Positions 11,995 through 25,772 of a stretch of 64,000 nt of DNA are shown here, in pieces. Origin of the DNA: Eledone cirrhosa (Eukaryota); contig OZ024740.1 of assembly GCA_964016885.1 (NCBI GenBank), positions 387,500,001 to 387,564,000 on the forward strand. Direction: 5' to 3'. Below the pieces are notes generated by a model, which saw only the letters and a list, made by a program, of their open reading frames with translations, did no database searches and was not told the origin of the DNA. The position numbers and the translations under genes are program-made. Positions within the stretch are counted from its first letter, which is position 1. Each line of letters opens with the position of its first letter.

Positions 11995-12300
11995 TTCAAC
12001 AAAGAGAGTAAATAAAAATGTAATATGTTTATATATAGCAATAATATATAGCATTCCAGTTGTTGTCTTCCTGTTTCTTCTACAACAACTACAACGGTAC
12101 GCGATGGGGCCCACCCACAGCCCCGGCGGACAGAATGGAGAAGGCGTTTCCCCGGAGGACAGCAAGGGAGACGCGCTGGAAAAGCCACTCCACTCGCGGG
12201 GCTCACACCTGCGGCTGGCCAGCTCAGCGCCTATGGTGGTGAGTAAGGAGGTAGCCCTGGGGCCGAGGAACCCAGAAGTCTCCACTGCCAGGGGTTCGAG
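11995..12300 (-). mobile_element. 3' fragment of a CRE-clade LINE
   Basis: AVETSGFLGPRATSLLTTIGAELASRRCEPRE, homologous to 20820-21010. Confidence 0.7.
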
Positions 12301-12359
12301 GTTTAAATCACATTGTCATTCGTGACCGAAAGGGATCTTTACCCTTATATATATATATA

Positions 12360-12390
<31 letters not shown>

Positions 12391-13203
12391 AAAAAAAGAA
12401 GAGAGACGGTATTACGTATACATCTTCTCTTTATTACATAATCCAGAAATGTTTTGTTATAGATTATAAATTATTTAAAAGTATAGTATTTTACATTGGA
12501 AAAAAATCTAGTATAGTTTATTTAATTAAAGTAAGTTTGGCAAAATTATATTTAGCCAGAATTTATTAATAGTTGTAAGTCCAATCTTAAACACCTAAAT
12601 AATTCCAAAGATTACGAAAAATTACGAGAGTTTACAAAGGAATAAGTACTTAATTAGAAGTATATACTAAAACCATTTAAAATTTCAGACTATAAATTAA
12701 GACTATAAAAATTGAGATTATAAAAACAATAAGGAAGTTTAAAGGAAGTTAAAAGGGATTTTTTAGAAACTCAAATGACTCCAAGGATACATAAAAATCT
12801 CTTTAAAAAATTTATAAGAAGTTATAAAAAGTTATAAAAATTCATCTTAAAATATAATTAAGACATAAACCATACATTATTCCACATATATATAAATATT
12901 TGGAAATATATGAAAATACATAAATATTAAAAATGTTTAAAATATTGGAAGATATGAAAATAATGGTTTTTCCGTATCTTACAAAAGGATCTTTCAAAAA
13001 CATTTTACCAAAAGTTTAAAAAAAATTCTCAAAAACCTACAGAAAGTCTTTCATAGGAAATTTTTAGAATTTTCAAAACCTTTTCTCAAGAGAATTTCAA
13101 GTTGTCATACAAAAAGGTTATGATATATTTTTTGGAGGTAGGATTGATAAGTGTAATAATACAAAGTATATTTATGAAGTAGAAATATTCGAAGGTAAAG
13201 GTT

Positions 13204-15247
13204 TTGAGTAAATTCGATAGGATCTTCAAATCCAAGAAAAATCCACCTACCAACAAATTATTAATGGAATTTGAAAATGAAATTATTTTAATCATACAAA
13301 ACATTAAATTTAAGAAAAACCATTTTGTAGGCCAGGATTACCTCAAAGGTCTTAAAAAGAATATAGAAAATTTTGAAAGAACTGAAAAAGTTCGTTAAAT
13401 CTGATAAAACCAACAATCTATACGGAATGCAAAAGGACGAGTATAATAATCTTATACTGAAGGAATTAATGAAAAATTACAAGAGAGCAACCAATGATGA
13501 CCTTGAAAGACTAAATAGTGAAGCTTCTAATATAATACAAACTTAGGCATCGAAAATAGGACTAAACCCTTCATACCTAGAAAACCAAAAATTAATTTGA
13601 AAGACCACAAAAGAAATTTTGAAATAGAATTACCAGTTAGAATTTTGAAATAGAATTACCATCTAAATCGGCCCTTGGCATAGTTAGCAAAAATATCTTA
13701 GATAGAATCATACCGCAACTTAAAGAAATATCTTACTTAAAATTGTGGAATGGGACTAATGAAGTTATAGACTGGTTTAAGGACATAAAATATAAGCATA
13801 ACAATAAATTAATTCAATTGGATATTGCTAATTATTACTCATCTATCACTCCTAATTTACTTAATAAAGCGCTTACATACGCATTTAAATATACTGATTT
13901 ATCTAGCGATGAAATGCACATCATCTTAACTGCACGTAAAACCTTAATTAAATTTAACAACCATCTTTGGACTAGAGCAGATAGGGATAACAATTTCGAT
14001 ATGGGGTCATCGGACTCGGTGCAATTAACGGATCTTGTGGGGATTTTTATTAACAATACTTTACATAGAAAAATTCCAGAGATGACCGGTGGTTTATATC
14101 GTGATGATATGCTATTGCTAATTGAAAATAATAATAATTGTGAAATCAATAGGAAAAGAAAATCAATAATACAATTTTTTAATAGCTTTAATCTTAAAGT
14201 AGAAGTAGAGAATAATTATAAAATAGTTAATTTTTTAGATGTAACTTTAAACCCTAATACTGGTCTATATTATTCATTTTATAAAATCAATGAGAATTTA
14301 AACTATGTTAACTTTAATTCCAATCACCCGAGATCCGTTGAAAACACTATTGTAAATTCCGTACAGCAACGTATTTCTGAATTTCAGCGAATAAAAATAT
14401 ATTTGTAGATAAGGTACAATATTATAACGAAGCTTTAAGTAGCGCAGGCTATAATAATGAAATTAAATACATCGATAATAAAGATAAGCCAATTAACCAT
14501 AATTATAATAAGAAGCCTAGCACAAACCATAAAATTAAAAGAAGAAATAGAACTAGAAATGTATTATGGTTCGCTCCTCCTTTCTCATTAAGTATTAAAA
14601 CTCCAATAGCTAAACTATTTTTTAAAGCTCTCGATAAATGTTTTCCCAAGACGCATAGGTATCACTCAATCTTTAACAGGCATACAATTAAACTATCATA
14701 TTCTACCACTATGAATTTAGCGCAGAATATAAATAGAATTAATAATAGAAACTTAAAACTTAACCAGAATAACATTAATACCTCTAGCAATATCCAATAT
14801 AATGATAATGTTCCCAATAATATAAATTCTGATAAATGTAATTGTAGAAATAAATCTAACTGTCCTTTAAATAATAACTGTTTAGTTTAAAATGTAGTGT
14901 CAAAACCAACGATAATTCCTTTAACTATGTCGGCTCTACTTCGACAGACTTCAAATCTCGTTTCAATAACCATAAATGTTCCTTTACGAATATTGGTAAA
15001 AAAATCTTCAACTTCTCCATCCAACTTATTATGGAACTTAAAATCCAAGAATATAAACTATTCTTTTTCTTGGAATATTGTCTCCAAAGCACCATCCTAC
15101 ACAGCTTTATCCAAATTTTGCAGCCTATGCGTCGAAGAAATATTCTTTATACTAAAATGTAAGAACTCTATTAATTTGCGTAATAATTTATTTAGTTCTT
15201 GTAAACATCGTTTAAATTCAACTTTTAGATATATATATAAAATGTAA
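13204..15247 (+). pseudogene. Frameshifted Penelope RT/GIY-YIG coding region
   Basis: ORFs 13204-13398, 13743-14408 and 14897-15247 are consecutive pieces of one protein. Confidence 0.85.
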
Positions 15248-16229
15248 TATATGGTTAATCTTCCTTACATAATGTTTTCTATATCCAAACACCTATAATC
15301 TCATCCCTCAGATTATATCTATTTATGATTCAAGAATTTAATATAATTCTAACCTTAATAACTTCCTAAATATATAAAATACACTTATTAAATTTTTAAT
15401 TTACTCCTTAAAACCTTTACCTTCGAATATTTCTACTTCATAAATATACTTTGTATTATTACACTTATAAATCCTACCTCCAAAAAATATATCATAACCT
15501 TTTTGTATGACAACTTGAAATTCTTTTGAGAAAAGGTATTGAAAATTCTAAAAATAAGATTGGACTTACAACTATTAATAAATTCTGGCTAAATATAATT
15601 TTGCCAGACTTACTTTAATTAAATAAACCATACTAGATTTTTTTCCAATGTAAAATACTATACTTTTAAATAATTTATAATCTATAACATAACACCCATC
15701 TAAACCCATATATTATTAATGCATCTTAATATATTTTAAATACTTCTTTTTGTAATATATCCTATTTTTAATTAAATTTTTAATTAAATTTTAACAATAT
15801 TTTTGAATTTTAACAATATTTTAATTTATTTTTATTTATTCTTAATTTAATTTTTAACTTATCTAAATATTATAAACATAGCATAATGAACGTTATATTT
15901 ACGATTTGAGTATTCATCCATGTAAAACTCATTTCTTCGCTCGCTTCTCTTCACTATCACTATGCATAATCTTGTCTTTCTTTCTTTTTCTCTTTTTCTC
16001 TTTCTCTTTTCTTCTCTCTCCCTTTCAATATTTTTTCTCTCCCTTTTATATCTTCTTTTCACTACTTTCTTCCAACAGTTTAATTTAAATAAACCGTTGT
16101 TTTTTCAATTTTTCTGACACTCATAACTTTGAATCACCCTCAATAAAATATTTTTTCCACTATCCAGCGAACCTCAACCGTTAAGGTTGTCTTTATGCGG
16201 GTATGTCAATATTTATAAAACATTTGTAT

Positions 16230-16289
16230 TTTATCTGATGAAAGCGCACCATAATTTGCCTTGGTTGCCCTTGAAATATATATAATAAA
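16230..16289 (+). ncRNA. Hammerhead ribozyme (type I, intact core) at the Penelope 3' end
   Basis: TTTAT-CTGATGA-AAGcGCACCA...TGGtTGCcCTT-GAA-ATATATAT-A-ATAAA. Predicted cleavage after A16284. Confidence 0.75.
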
Positions 16290-16333
16290 TAATTATGGTT
16301 TTATAAATATAGTTTCCATTTATTAATATATTG

Positions 16334-16385
<52 letters not shown>

Positions 16386-16419
16386 CACACATATATATAT
16401 ATATATATACACATAATAT

Positions 16420-16476
<57 letters not shown>

Positions 16477-16729
16477 TACACATATATACATATCTGTACA
16501 CACACACACACACACATACACACGCACCCACACACACATATTCGTATAACATGACGTTAGATTTTTACCAATTCTCTGACTTTGGACAGATTTATCTCGC
16601 TTGTCTGAGCAATTTAATCAGTTGTATGTTGTTTAATTCTTGGTGTCTGACACTGATTAACTTTCTACTTTTATATTTAGAAAGTCTTGGTTTGAGGTTT
16701 CACAGACCCCCCCCCCCCCACACACACAC

Positions 16730-17490
16730 ATCATCATCATCATCATCACAGTTTAACGTCTATTTTTCCACGCTAGCATGGGTTAGATGTGTTATCCTGT
16801 TGTGAGCAATGCCAGGTCAGGGCCATGTCTTGCTCATACAGAACCGATTCTGGCTTGGTTACTACAGCTGGAAACCCTACCTAGCGCCAGCCTCATTTAC
16901 AGTGAGTACTGGGTGCTTTTTGTAGTGACACCTATACGACCACTTTACAGTGTGGACTGGGCGCTTTTTGCCGTGTCGCCATCACAACCACTTGACAGTA
17001 TGGACTGGAGGCTTCACTGGATGTATACTTCAGCTTGTCCTCATGGAAGATCTATGGGAGTGAGTAGGGTGGGGTCGTGCATACTATATATATGCTTCAG
17101 ATTCGGCTTGTGCTCGTGGGAAGTCGAGTTTTCTGTATTACTGCGTAGCGCCAGAGATCTCGGTCCTGTGTCATCGCCTTTGAGAGATGCAATTGAGCAA
17201 GGTCAGATTTTATCACCTCATCCCAAGTCTTTCTGGGTCTCCCCACTCCATGGCTTCCATCCACTTTGAGTGCTCTTTACCTTTTTATACAGCTGTCATC
17301 CTTCATACTCATCACATGTCCATACCAACGCAATCTCCTCTCCTGCACACTACATATGATTCCTCTTATGACAATTTTCTCTCTCAGAACGATTATGTTT
17401 TGCCGTTCACGTATATTACTATTACACATCCATCGGAGCGTGAAAGCTTCATTCCTGTCCAATCTACGTAAGTCTTCTGTTTGACATGTC
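16730..17490 (-). mobile_element. RTE LINE 3' fragment
   Basis: EDLRRLDRNEA...RRLRWYGHV, 3' UTR and (GAT)n tail. Confidence 0.85.
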
Positions 17491-17522
17491 TCGACCAAGA
17501 AACCACTAATTCAAATACCTCA

Positions 17523-18280
17523 TCAACTCATCTCGCAACTCTCAATCCCATCGATGTTGCACCTTGAGAACAGATTAGCATTGGCGACACTGTCAGAAAG
17601 TGTGTAACCACAGATAGAGTGAAGACAATGTTTGAGGACGACATCAAGCTTATAAATGTGGGTGCAATAAAGTGACCATGATTCCGAGCCATATAAAAGT
17701 GTTGCCAGTACTACTGCACGATAAATTGCAACTTTCATTTTCAGTGATTTACCTCTGATATCCCATAAACGATGATGTAGTTTGTCAAAGGCATCATCAG
17801 TTGCTTTGGAGATGCGACTGGCGATCTCATCATCTAAGGATACGGAGCTGTTCACGTTGCTGCCAAGGTAGTTAAAGGAGTTCACATATTTCAGACCCTT
17901 GCCATCAAAAGTGATGGGAACATGGGGATACTCGTGCCCCGGATGTCTTAACATCTTCCACTTGTCTGGAGAGAGGTTGGCTTTGGTTGATGTACCACCT
18001 CAGTCTTCTTAATGCTGATTGTTAAACCAAACACCTTCATCAATTCCTGTGCCTCTTTGAGGGATGTTGCAACAGGTGCAGCAAATAGTGAGTCATGAAT
18101 AACACTTGCTCGTGCAAGCATTTTAGCCTTAAAGTGCTAATGGTTGATGTGCGGAATTCAAATCTGACACCATATCTAAGTCGCCAAATGCATACTGGAA
18201 CATTACCTAGAACCATGACACAACCCTACTATGCACTGTTTGTGTTGTGACACCAAAAGGTTTAGAGCATTCAGCATTTG
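17523..18280 (-). mobile_element. Fragment of a second, BovB-like RTE family without the PHD insert
   Basis: VNSFNYLGS...DDEIASRISKA...KVAIYRAVVLATLLYGSESW. Confidence 0.8.
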
Positions 18281-18737
18281 ACATTATGTGTGTGTGTGTG
18301 TGTGTGTGAGTTCACTCAGCTGTAGAAATTAGCTGCGACGTCACTGGTGCCAAGCTATATCAGCCATTGCCTTTCCCTTGGACAACATTGGTGGCGTGGA
18401 GAGAGGAGAGACTGGCATGCATGGGCAAGTACTGGTCTTCCACGCAATCATCTTAACAGTCGCTACATATATTTATATGTGTTTATATATGTAGAAGTAA
18501 TTTGAACTCTTGGCAAAGCATGTCAGTGTGACCACATGCTGACCATGTGGCACATGGATGTTCAGTTTTTCTTTGTCTCAAACTGACGTCAGTAAGTCTA
18601 TCGAGACAACCCAACTCTAAATTTTCTGAGATAACCCTTTGTGAGGACAAAAGCTGCTCCCAGTCAATCGGACAGTTTTAGAGTTTCTACTGACCAGCTA
18701 AGATGTAGTGGTCTGCTGTCCCACACAGACTCATTTG

Positions 18738-18843
<106 letters not shown>

Positions 18844-19281
18844 AGGCCAACGAAATTCATCACATTTACAAAGGTTTGGTAAATACATTTTTGATAATAC
18901 CTTTGCAAGCAAAGACGTATACACTTCATACCTGATACACAACATCACACAATTCAACTGAGGTTATTTGTTCTTTATGTATTGTCGTATAACTTATATT
19001 TGATAAATTAGTAACATAGCAGCTTTGTGTTATTGTTATATTTCATTTCATATATGGTCAGGATAAATCATTTACCCAAGGATTCATCATCGTCATCATA
19101 ATGAACACTTACTCATTTGCTTGCACACCCGCATTCTCTGGTCACACCAACTTCTTTCGCCTACATTCTACACAACAGTGACCAAAAAACTAAGCAATCC
19201 AAGTGAGTGCTCACAACGACCGAATCAACACCACAACACACCATCACAACCCAGCATTAATCACGCCATAATATGAGCTGC

Positions 19282-19384
<103 letters not shown>

Positions 19385-20058
19385 GTATGTATATGACCGG
19401 GGTGGTATATTGAATCATATATGAAGTGTTCATGGAAATAAATAGACTTGTTGCGGAAAAAAAAGTCGATTGTGAGCATGTCGTAGATCAGATTAGTTGA
19501 AACCACACGAACAAATCTAGGAAAAAAATGTTTCTTAACGATCCCCACTGGGTGCTTTACTATAAATTAAAATGGCTGACAGGTGATTATCTATAACTTC
19601 GAGGGCCACCTTAGCTCCACGTCTCCGTTTGCCGGATGTCGGATCGGTTGAAAACAAATGAAAAAAACCTAGAAAAGAAAAAAAAATCCCACCGAAGAGT
19701 ATTCTAAGGCTGGAAAAATCCCAAGGTTCCTCCGCGCCACCGCAAATCTGTTTTCGGAAGAAAAAGTGGATTGCGAGCATTTTGGAGGTCATATTAGTTG
19801 AAACCACACATATATATATGTATGTGTGTGTGTTTGATGCTCTGACATAGCATGACTGAGATGTGGCTGGGGTTTATGTAGAATTATAGGTAACTTTAAA
19901 GGTTTGATCTGTATTGATCGGGCCCGACTCTGGAATCAAAAGCTCGTCGGACTTCTGTTATGGTAATGACAGAATGATTCCCTTACAGCTTTGAGAAAAT
20001 CTGTATCTATTCATTGAATTTCAACAATCCGGCCTCCTGTCACTTTATTCAATAAAAT

Positions 20059-20089
<31 letters not shown>

Positions 20090-20739
20090 AAGTTTTAGCT
20101 TAAACCCGGCGCGATCATATTTAATGCAAGGAGTATTAAATACCTAATTAGAAATAATTATGTGATAACGAAACTACAAAACTAGTCAATGATTAAAATT
20201 AGTTAATTAGTCCATGTACTAAGGGAGACAACTAAGAATATATATTTAGTTCTTTGCTGGTTATGAGTTGTAGTTAGTGCGTTAACCAAGATGCTTATGG
20301 TGTTTTGAATTTTAAATTTATCATTAATGTAGTTTGCCTTAAGGATGCAGGCATGGATTTATGCTTTCACAGTTATGTGCTTTCGAGTTCAAGCCTTCTG
20401 AGTGGAACCTTGAACACACCGTAGAGGTCTAATACAATCGATACCGAACTATTGCTTTCACTAGCGAGCATTAACAGTATTCCCTCCCGTTAACAACGTC
20501 TCTATTTCCTAAACTTTTTTGTCAGTTCATCTTATTGGAGTTATCTATTTTGCGAGCTTTTCTTTCAAAAATTTAAACACCCATAGAGGGCGGTTTTTGT
20601 TTTCTAATTGTATGGATAGCCTCAGTTTATCGAAGTTTCAACTCACTATAATTACACATTTGAGACGTCACCTTATGTATATTTAGTATTGAAAACCTTT
20701 CCCTAAGGTATTTTCTGTCTCGTTTATCTTCTGGTACAG

Positions 20740-21015
20740 TCTGCGATTAACCGAGGCTCTGCTGCACTTCGGGCCGAGGGGGTAAACTCTCCAAATATCG
20801 GTGCTCTCCGATAGGTTTTCTGTCGAGTCCGTAGCAGTGCAGACTTCTGGTGTCTTTGGCCCTAGGACCACCTTCCTACTCACCACCATCGGCACAGGAT
20901 TGGAAACCCGCAGGTGTGAGCCTCGCGAGCTGAAATGGCTCGTCCAACGGGTCACCCTCACCATCCTCCGGGGAAACGCCTTCTCTATTCTGTCTGCCGG
21001 GGTCGCGGGGCAGCA
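20740..21015 (+). mobile_element. 3' fragment of a CRE-clade LINE
   Basis: VAVQTSGVFGP...EPRELKWLVQRVTLTILRGNAFSIL. Confidence 0.75.
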
Positions 21016-21640
21016 AGCGCGTGGGCCCCCATTTGCTCATATTAGTGAGAGATGGGGAGAGCGGGAGAAACGGAGGCAGTGACAGTTTGGTTTCATTGTG
21101 TTCGGACCTGGTGTGTAATGTATATATTTATTTACGACACCACATTAACTGTAAAAGAAAATATATTATAGTTATTTGTTTACTTATCTCCCTTCCTTCG
21201 TCTTGAGTTGACTAATACTCTCTGTGCAGAATTTGGTAGTGGAATTTGGTGTGGAATCACGTTTTATATATGTTTGAATTTGTATGTGTTAGGGTGAGTG
21301 AATGCGTTCGTATGTGCACCTGCAATGAAAGTATATGTAAAACAAGGGGGATAACTGTATATTTTAAAGAGTTATGTACCTCACAACGACATGCAATCTA
21401 ATAGAGCTTATGACGAAAAGGCTTCTTAATTTATTCTGATTTATTTTGACTTATTTTCATTTATTTTGTAGGGGAAGAAGCACAGTCAATCATCAAGACG
21501 TATAAATCATTTTGTTACTATGTTTCTAATGAAATACATTGCATTTCAATAATTAATGATGAATTTGGAGGATTTACTAAATTTATTAAATATTTCATCG
21601 CTAAATTCAAAACATGACTTAAAAGATTCTTATATTAAAT

Positions 21641-21745
21641 AATTGTTTCTACTTTTTGGCACAAGGCCAGCAATTATCCCAGTGTATTACTGGTACTTTA
21701 TTTTATCGACCCCGAAAGGATGAAAGGCAAAGTTAACCTCGGGGG
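21641..21745 (-). mobile_element. Truncated SINE of the 6109 family
   Basis: Reverse complement of the 3' half of 6109-6293. Confidence 0.85.
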
Positions 21746-21751
21746 CAAAAT

Positions 21752-22760
21752 TTACACAGTCGGAAACACAGTGGTCCAACACCGGTCCAATTTCGCCTTG
21801 AATTGTTGCGTGGTTGACGCGTTGAGTACTTCTTCTGGAAGCCGGTTCCAGGGTCCAGAGATGCGGATCGAGAAAGCAACTTTCCGTCTATTTAGGCGAA
21901 AGCGGCGGTGAAACAGATTTTTGTCATGTCCACGTAGACTCCTTTCAAGTGCCGGAGTGAATAGGAGATCTTGGGGAAGATCGTAATGGCCATTGAAGAG
22001 ATTGTAAGCCAAAATGAGATCGCCTCTTAGCCGTCGACGCTCCAAGGAGAAGAGGTTCAGCTTCTGCAGCCGGCTTTCGTAGGGCAGCTCATGAAGACCC
22101 TGTACCATTCGAGTCGCTAGTCGTTGAACTCTCTCCAAGTGATGGATATCCCGGATGAGATATGGGTTTGATGCTTGGATGCCATATTCTAGGTGCGGTC
22201 TCACGAGGGCGACATAGAGAGGCCTGAAAGTTTCTGGGGTAAGTTTGGCAAAGGAGCGTCGAATAAGAAAAAGAGAGCTCCTTGTCTTGTTTGCAATGTT
22301 TTGATGGTTTGAAGGACGAGTCGACCAGCTGCTCAAGAGCTTTAGTCTCCTCAACCTCCTTCAAAGGAGCAGTGCCACCGTTGAAGGTAAGAGCTGAGTT
22401 ATAAGGTGTGCCCACTGCCATATGGCAACACTTATCGACATTGAGGTATAAATCCCAGTCAATGGAACAACTCCAGGCGCGCTGGAGGCTGGACTTGAGA
22501 TTGTCGATCTCGCTCTTAAGGGCTACCATTTTCACATCATCTGCAAATAGAAGCACGTTTCCACCAATCACGTTCGACATGTCGTTGATGTATAGAAGGC
22601 AGAGAATTGGGCCCAACACAGAGCCCTGGGGAACGCCGCTGCCTACACTCACCCCCGATGACAGACTGCCATTGATCCGAATTCTGCAAGTACGACCCTC
22701 AAGAAATGATCCAATCCACTTTATAATCGAATCATGGAGACCATAGTTGCTGGGCTTATG
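21752..22760 (-). mobile_element. 5'-truncated CR1-clade LINE RT fragment (frameshifted)
   Basis: GVPQGSVLGP, LFADD, LVRPHLEY, LERVQRLAT and LERRRLRGDLI across two overlapping ORFs. Confidence 0.9.
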
Positions 22761-23082
22761 CAGGAGCAAAAGGCTTAATAGAACAAGAGAAAGGAATTAT
22801 CTTCAAATATACGGCCTTATGTACTCGGTTTTTCCGTTTACTGGTCCTTAAAAATGGATTCTTTTGACTCGATACAAAGCTAATGTGCATGCTAATGTTA
22901 CACCGGAAGCATAACAAACAACTTTGGTTCGACATTTGAAATATGTAAGTTTTATTATATGTTAGTATATATATATATATATATATATGCGTGTGTGTGT
23001 AAGGATGCACACGTACACACACATATATATATACACACACACATACACATATATGTATATATACATACGCATACACACACAA

Positions 23083-23182
<100 letters not shown>

Positions 23183-23791
23183 GTACGTATGGGTTATATC
23201 GAATATCTTAAATATAATAAAGAAAGGAGTGCGGGACTGCATCCAGAATATATTTTTTTTATCCCGTTTGTAAAATAAGTTGGATTACTTTGAATAAATA
23301 ATGAATGAATATTACATAATTTATCTACTAAATTTCGTGGCTGTTGATTAAATATATTTTATAGCTTATTCAAAGATTCACTTCTTTAAAATTGTCAAAT
23401 GTCAACACTTGCGGTTAGTGGCAGTTATATTATAACACTTATAATCGCATATATTTCCGTCACTAATTTTCTCCTAATGCAGTTTATATATAATATCGCC
23501 TTTTTTTTAATGTATCATGGATTACGTTACTGATTACAGAAGACTGTGTTACACAGTCTTCGTTCAATTTCTGTGTATATTGACAATTACGATTTTATTT
23601 ACATGCATATATATTTGTGTATAATATCAATATACACACTTCACATGCTAGCACCCGAAGTGTGGTTTTTCTGCTAGTTAAGAATAATGTTCGATTCGTT
23701 TGTAAACAAAATTTATGTATATGAACGTCATATGTATGTGTGTGAGGACTTACATAAGTCTGCCTATGTGCGTATGTATGTATGCTTACGC

Positions 23792-23871
<80 letters not shown>

Positions 23872-24578
23872 TACAATAACAGAGATAGTTTAAAGCTAAA
23901 CTCTGACTGGTAACCATCTCACTCAACAAACATTAGGTTATATTAAAATATAAACCCAATTTAAGTGTTTGGGGTGCTAACAATATGTATAATGTGGAAA
24001 AACCAGTTGTATTATTTTATGAGATATAATTAAAGTTAAAGTATATCTCTCTTTCCAAACAATTGTTTCATTATAAGTTTTCTACAAGTTTGGGAGAATG
24101 TTTCCAGTTTATGTAGAAGCCTAATATATATTCATGTAAGAATATATTTAGGTGGGCACTTATAAATCATCAGTGGAAGCCCATTAAACATTGATATAAG
24201 AAAACAATTTCTTACCGCTGTCAAAAATCATGTCCGTAAAGTAGCTCTCTCTCGCCTCGAATGACCGCCAAATTTGAAATTCCAGCAGTTTTTGACTGAG
24301 GAAGTATCATAGCGACACGAAGCGGGAAGGGGAGACAACTCACGAAATGAGGAAAAAAATAATATACACGCGGGTTAATTAGTTTTTTTGAAAACATTAT
24401 CAATCCAACGTGTTTAAGAACTCAATTGAAAATAAAAAAATAAATATATGCTTGTATAAATTACACACGCATATAGATATTTTCTTAGGCTAAATCAGAA
24501 GTTGTACCCGAATAAGAACCGCTTCTCATAACCGCAGTAAATGTAGAAAGTTATGCTATAAAGGGCAAATGGGAATAT

Positions 24579-25390
24579 AATAAATGTAATCTGAGTTTTT
24601 CGAATATTAATAATAACATTCAATTCGTTTGCAATTATGCAAACAAGCCTCAATTTTACAGCCATGTCAGTAGAATGAACACTTCATTCTTGCACTTGTA
24701 TTGGCATGCGAACAGAACTGCAGACACTAATGTTTCTGGGTATCACCCTTTATCAGTACAACTCACTGTTCACCTGTCAAACTGTCAGAGCTAGTGAAAA
24801 TATATGCTATTTTCAAAAATACATAGTGACTGATTGGCCTGATTTGCATATTAGCAGACTGGCTGATCAGTCAGATCTGCATATTAGCAGATCCACTGAT
24901 CAGCTAGATTTGCATATCAGCAGACTGGCCAGTCCGTTTCCTGTATTTGAGCGATAAATGGCCGGCTTTGCCAAATTCAAATAAAAAAGAAAATTTTGCT
25001 CTACATGGCTGAATACAATAAATGTAATCTGAGTTTTTCGAATATTAATAATTGTTTCTATTTTTGGCACAAGGCCAGCAATTACCCAGTGCATTACTGG
25101 TACTTTATTTTATCGACCCCGTAAGGATGAAAGGCAAAGTTAACCTCGGCGGAACTTAAACTCAGATTGTAAAGGGACATAACTACGCTGGAAAGCATGT
25201 CTGACCCTAACATTCGATTCGTTTGCAATTATGCAAACAAGCCTCAATTTTATAGCCATGTCAATAGAATGAACACTTCATTCTTGCTCTTGTGTTGGCA
25301 TGTGAACAGAACTGCAGACAATAATGTTTCTGGGTATCACCCTTCATCAGTACAGCTCACTGTTCACTAGCTCTGACAGTTTGGCGGGGG
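24579..25390. repeat. Local direct duplication of about 200 bp (24579-24800 and 25017-25390); the second copy carries a minus-strand SINE at about 25051-25208
   Basis: Direct alignment by eye of taaatgtaatctgagtttttcgaatattaata|acattc...ctgttcac. Confidence 0.85.
24832..24930. repeat. Three tandem 33-bp units containing the octamer ATTTGCAT/ATCTGCAT
   Basis: gattggcctgATTTGCATattagcagactggct / gatcagtcagATCTGCATattagcagatccact / gatcagctagATTTGCATatcagcagactggcc. Confidence 0.75.
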
Positions 25391-25772
25391 TCGGGTTTTC
25401 TGTATTACTGCGTGACGCCAGAGGTCATGGGCGTGTGTCATCGCCTTTGAGAGGTGCAATTGGGTAAGATCGGCTTTTATCACCTCATCCCAGGTCTTCT
25501 TGGGTCTCCCCACTCCATGGCTTCTATCGACTTCTAGTCCTCTGCACCTTTTTATGCAGCTGTCATCCTTCATATGCATCACATGTCCATACCAACGCAA
25601 CCTCCTCTCCTGCACACAGCATTTGATTCCTCTTATGCTCAGTCTCTCTCTCAATTCGTTTATGCTTTGCCGTTCGCGTATATTACTATTACACATCCAT
25701 CGGAGCATGCAGGCTTCGTTTCTTTCTATCTTTCTAATCTACGCAAGTCTTCTACAGACAGTGCCCAGGTCT
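25390..25772 (-). mobile_element. RTE LINE internal/C-terminal fragment
   Basis: MLRWMCN...RRLRWYGHV...GRPKKTW. Confidence 0.85.

Larger units (their letters stand above)
12455..16335 (+). mobile_element. Penelope-like element (RT + C-terminal GIY-YIG), decayed, with an inverted 5' pseudo-LTR copy
   Basis: Motifs KSDKTNNLY, LKDHK, QLDIANYYSSI, MGSSD, GLYRDD, FLDVT, CNCRNKSNCPLNNNCL, YVGST and CSLCVEE. 12455-12590 and 13062-13206 are reverse complements of 15553-15689 and 15409-15553. Confidence 0.9.

Noticed and set aside
13204-15247. Selenocysteine-type TGA read-through in the Penelope ORF
   Set aside because: The interruptions seen are frameshifts and TAA/TAG stops, consistent with decay.
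16231-16552. Many [16 protein letters not shown] ORFs here and elsewhere
   Set aside because: They are translations of (TA)n, (CA)n and (CT)n microsatellites.
24832-24930. CRISPR-like periodic repeat
   Set aside because: The context is eukaryotic, the units are tandem without unique spacers, and there are no cas genes.
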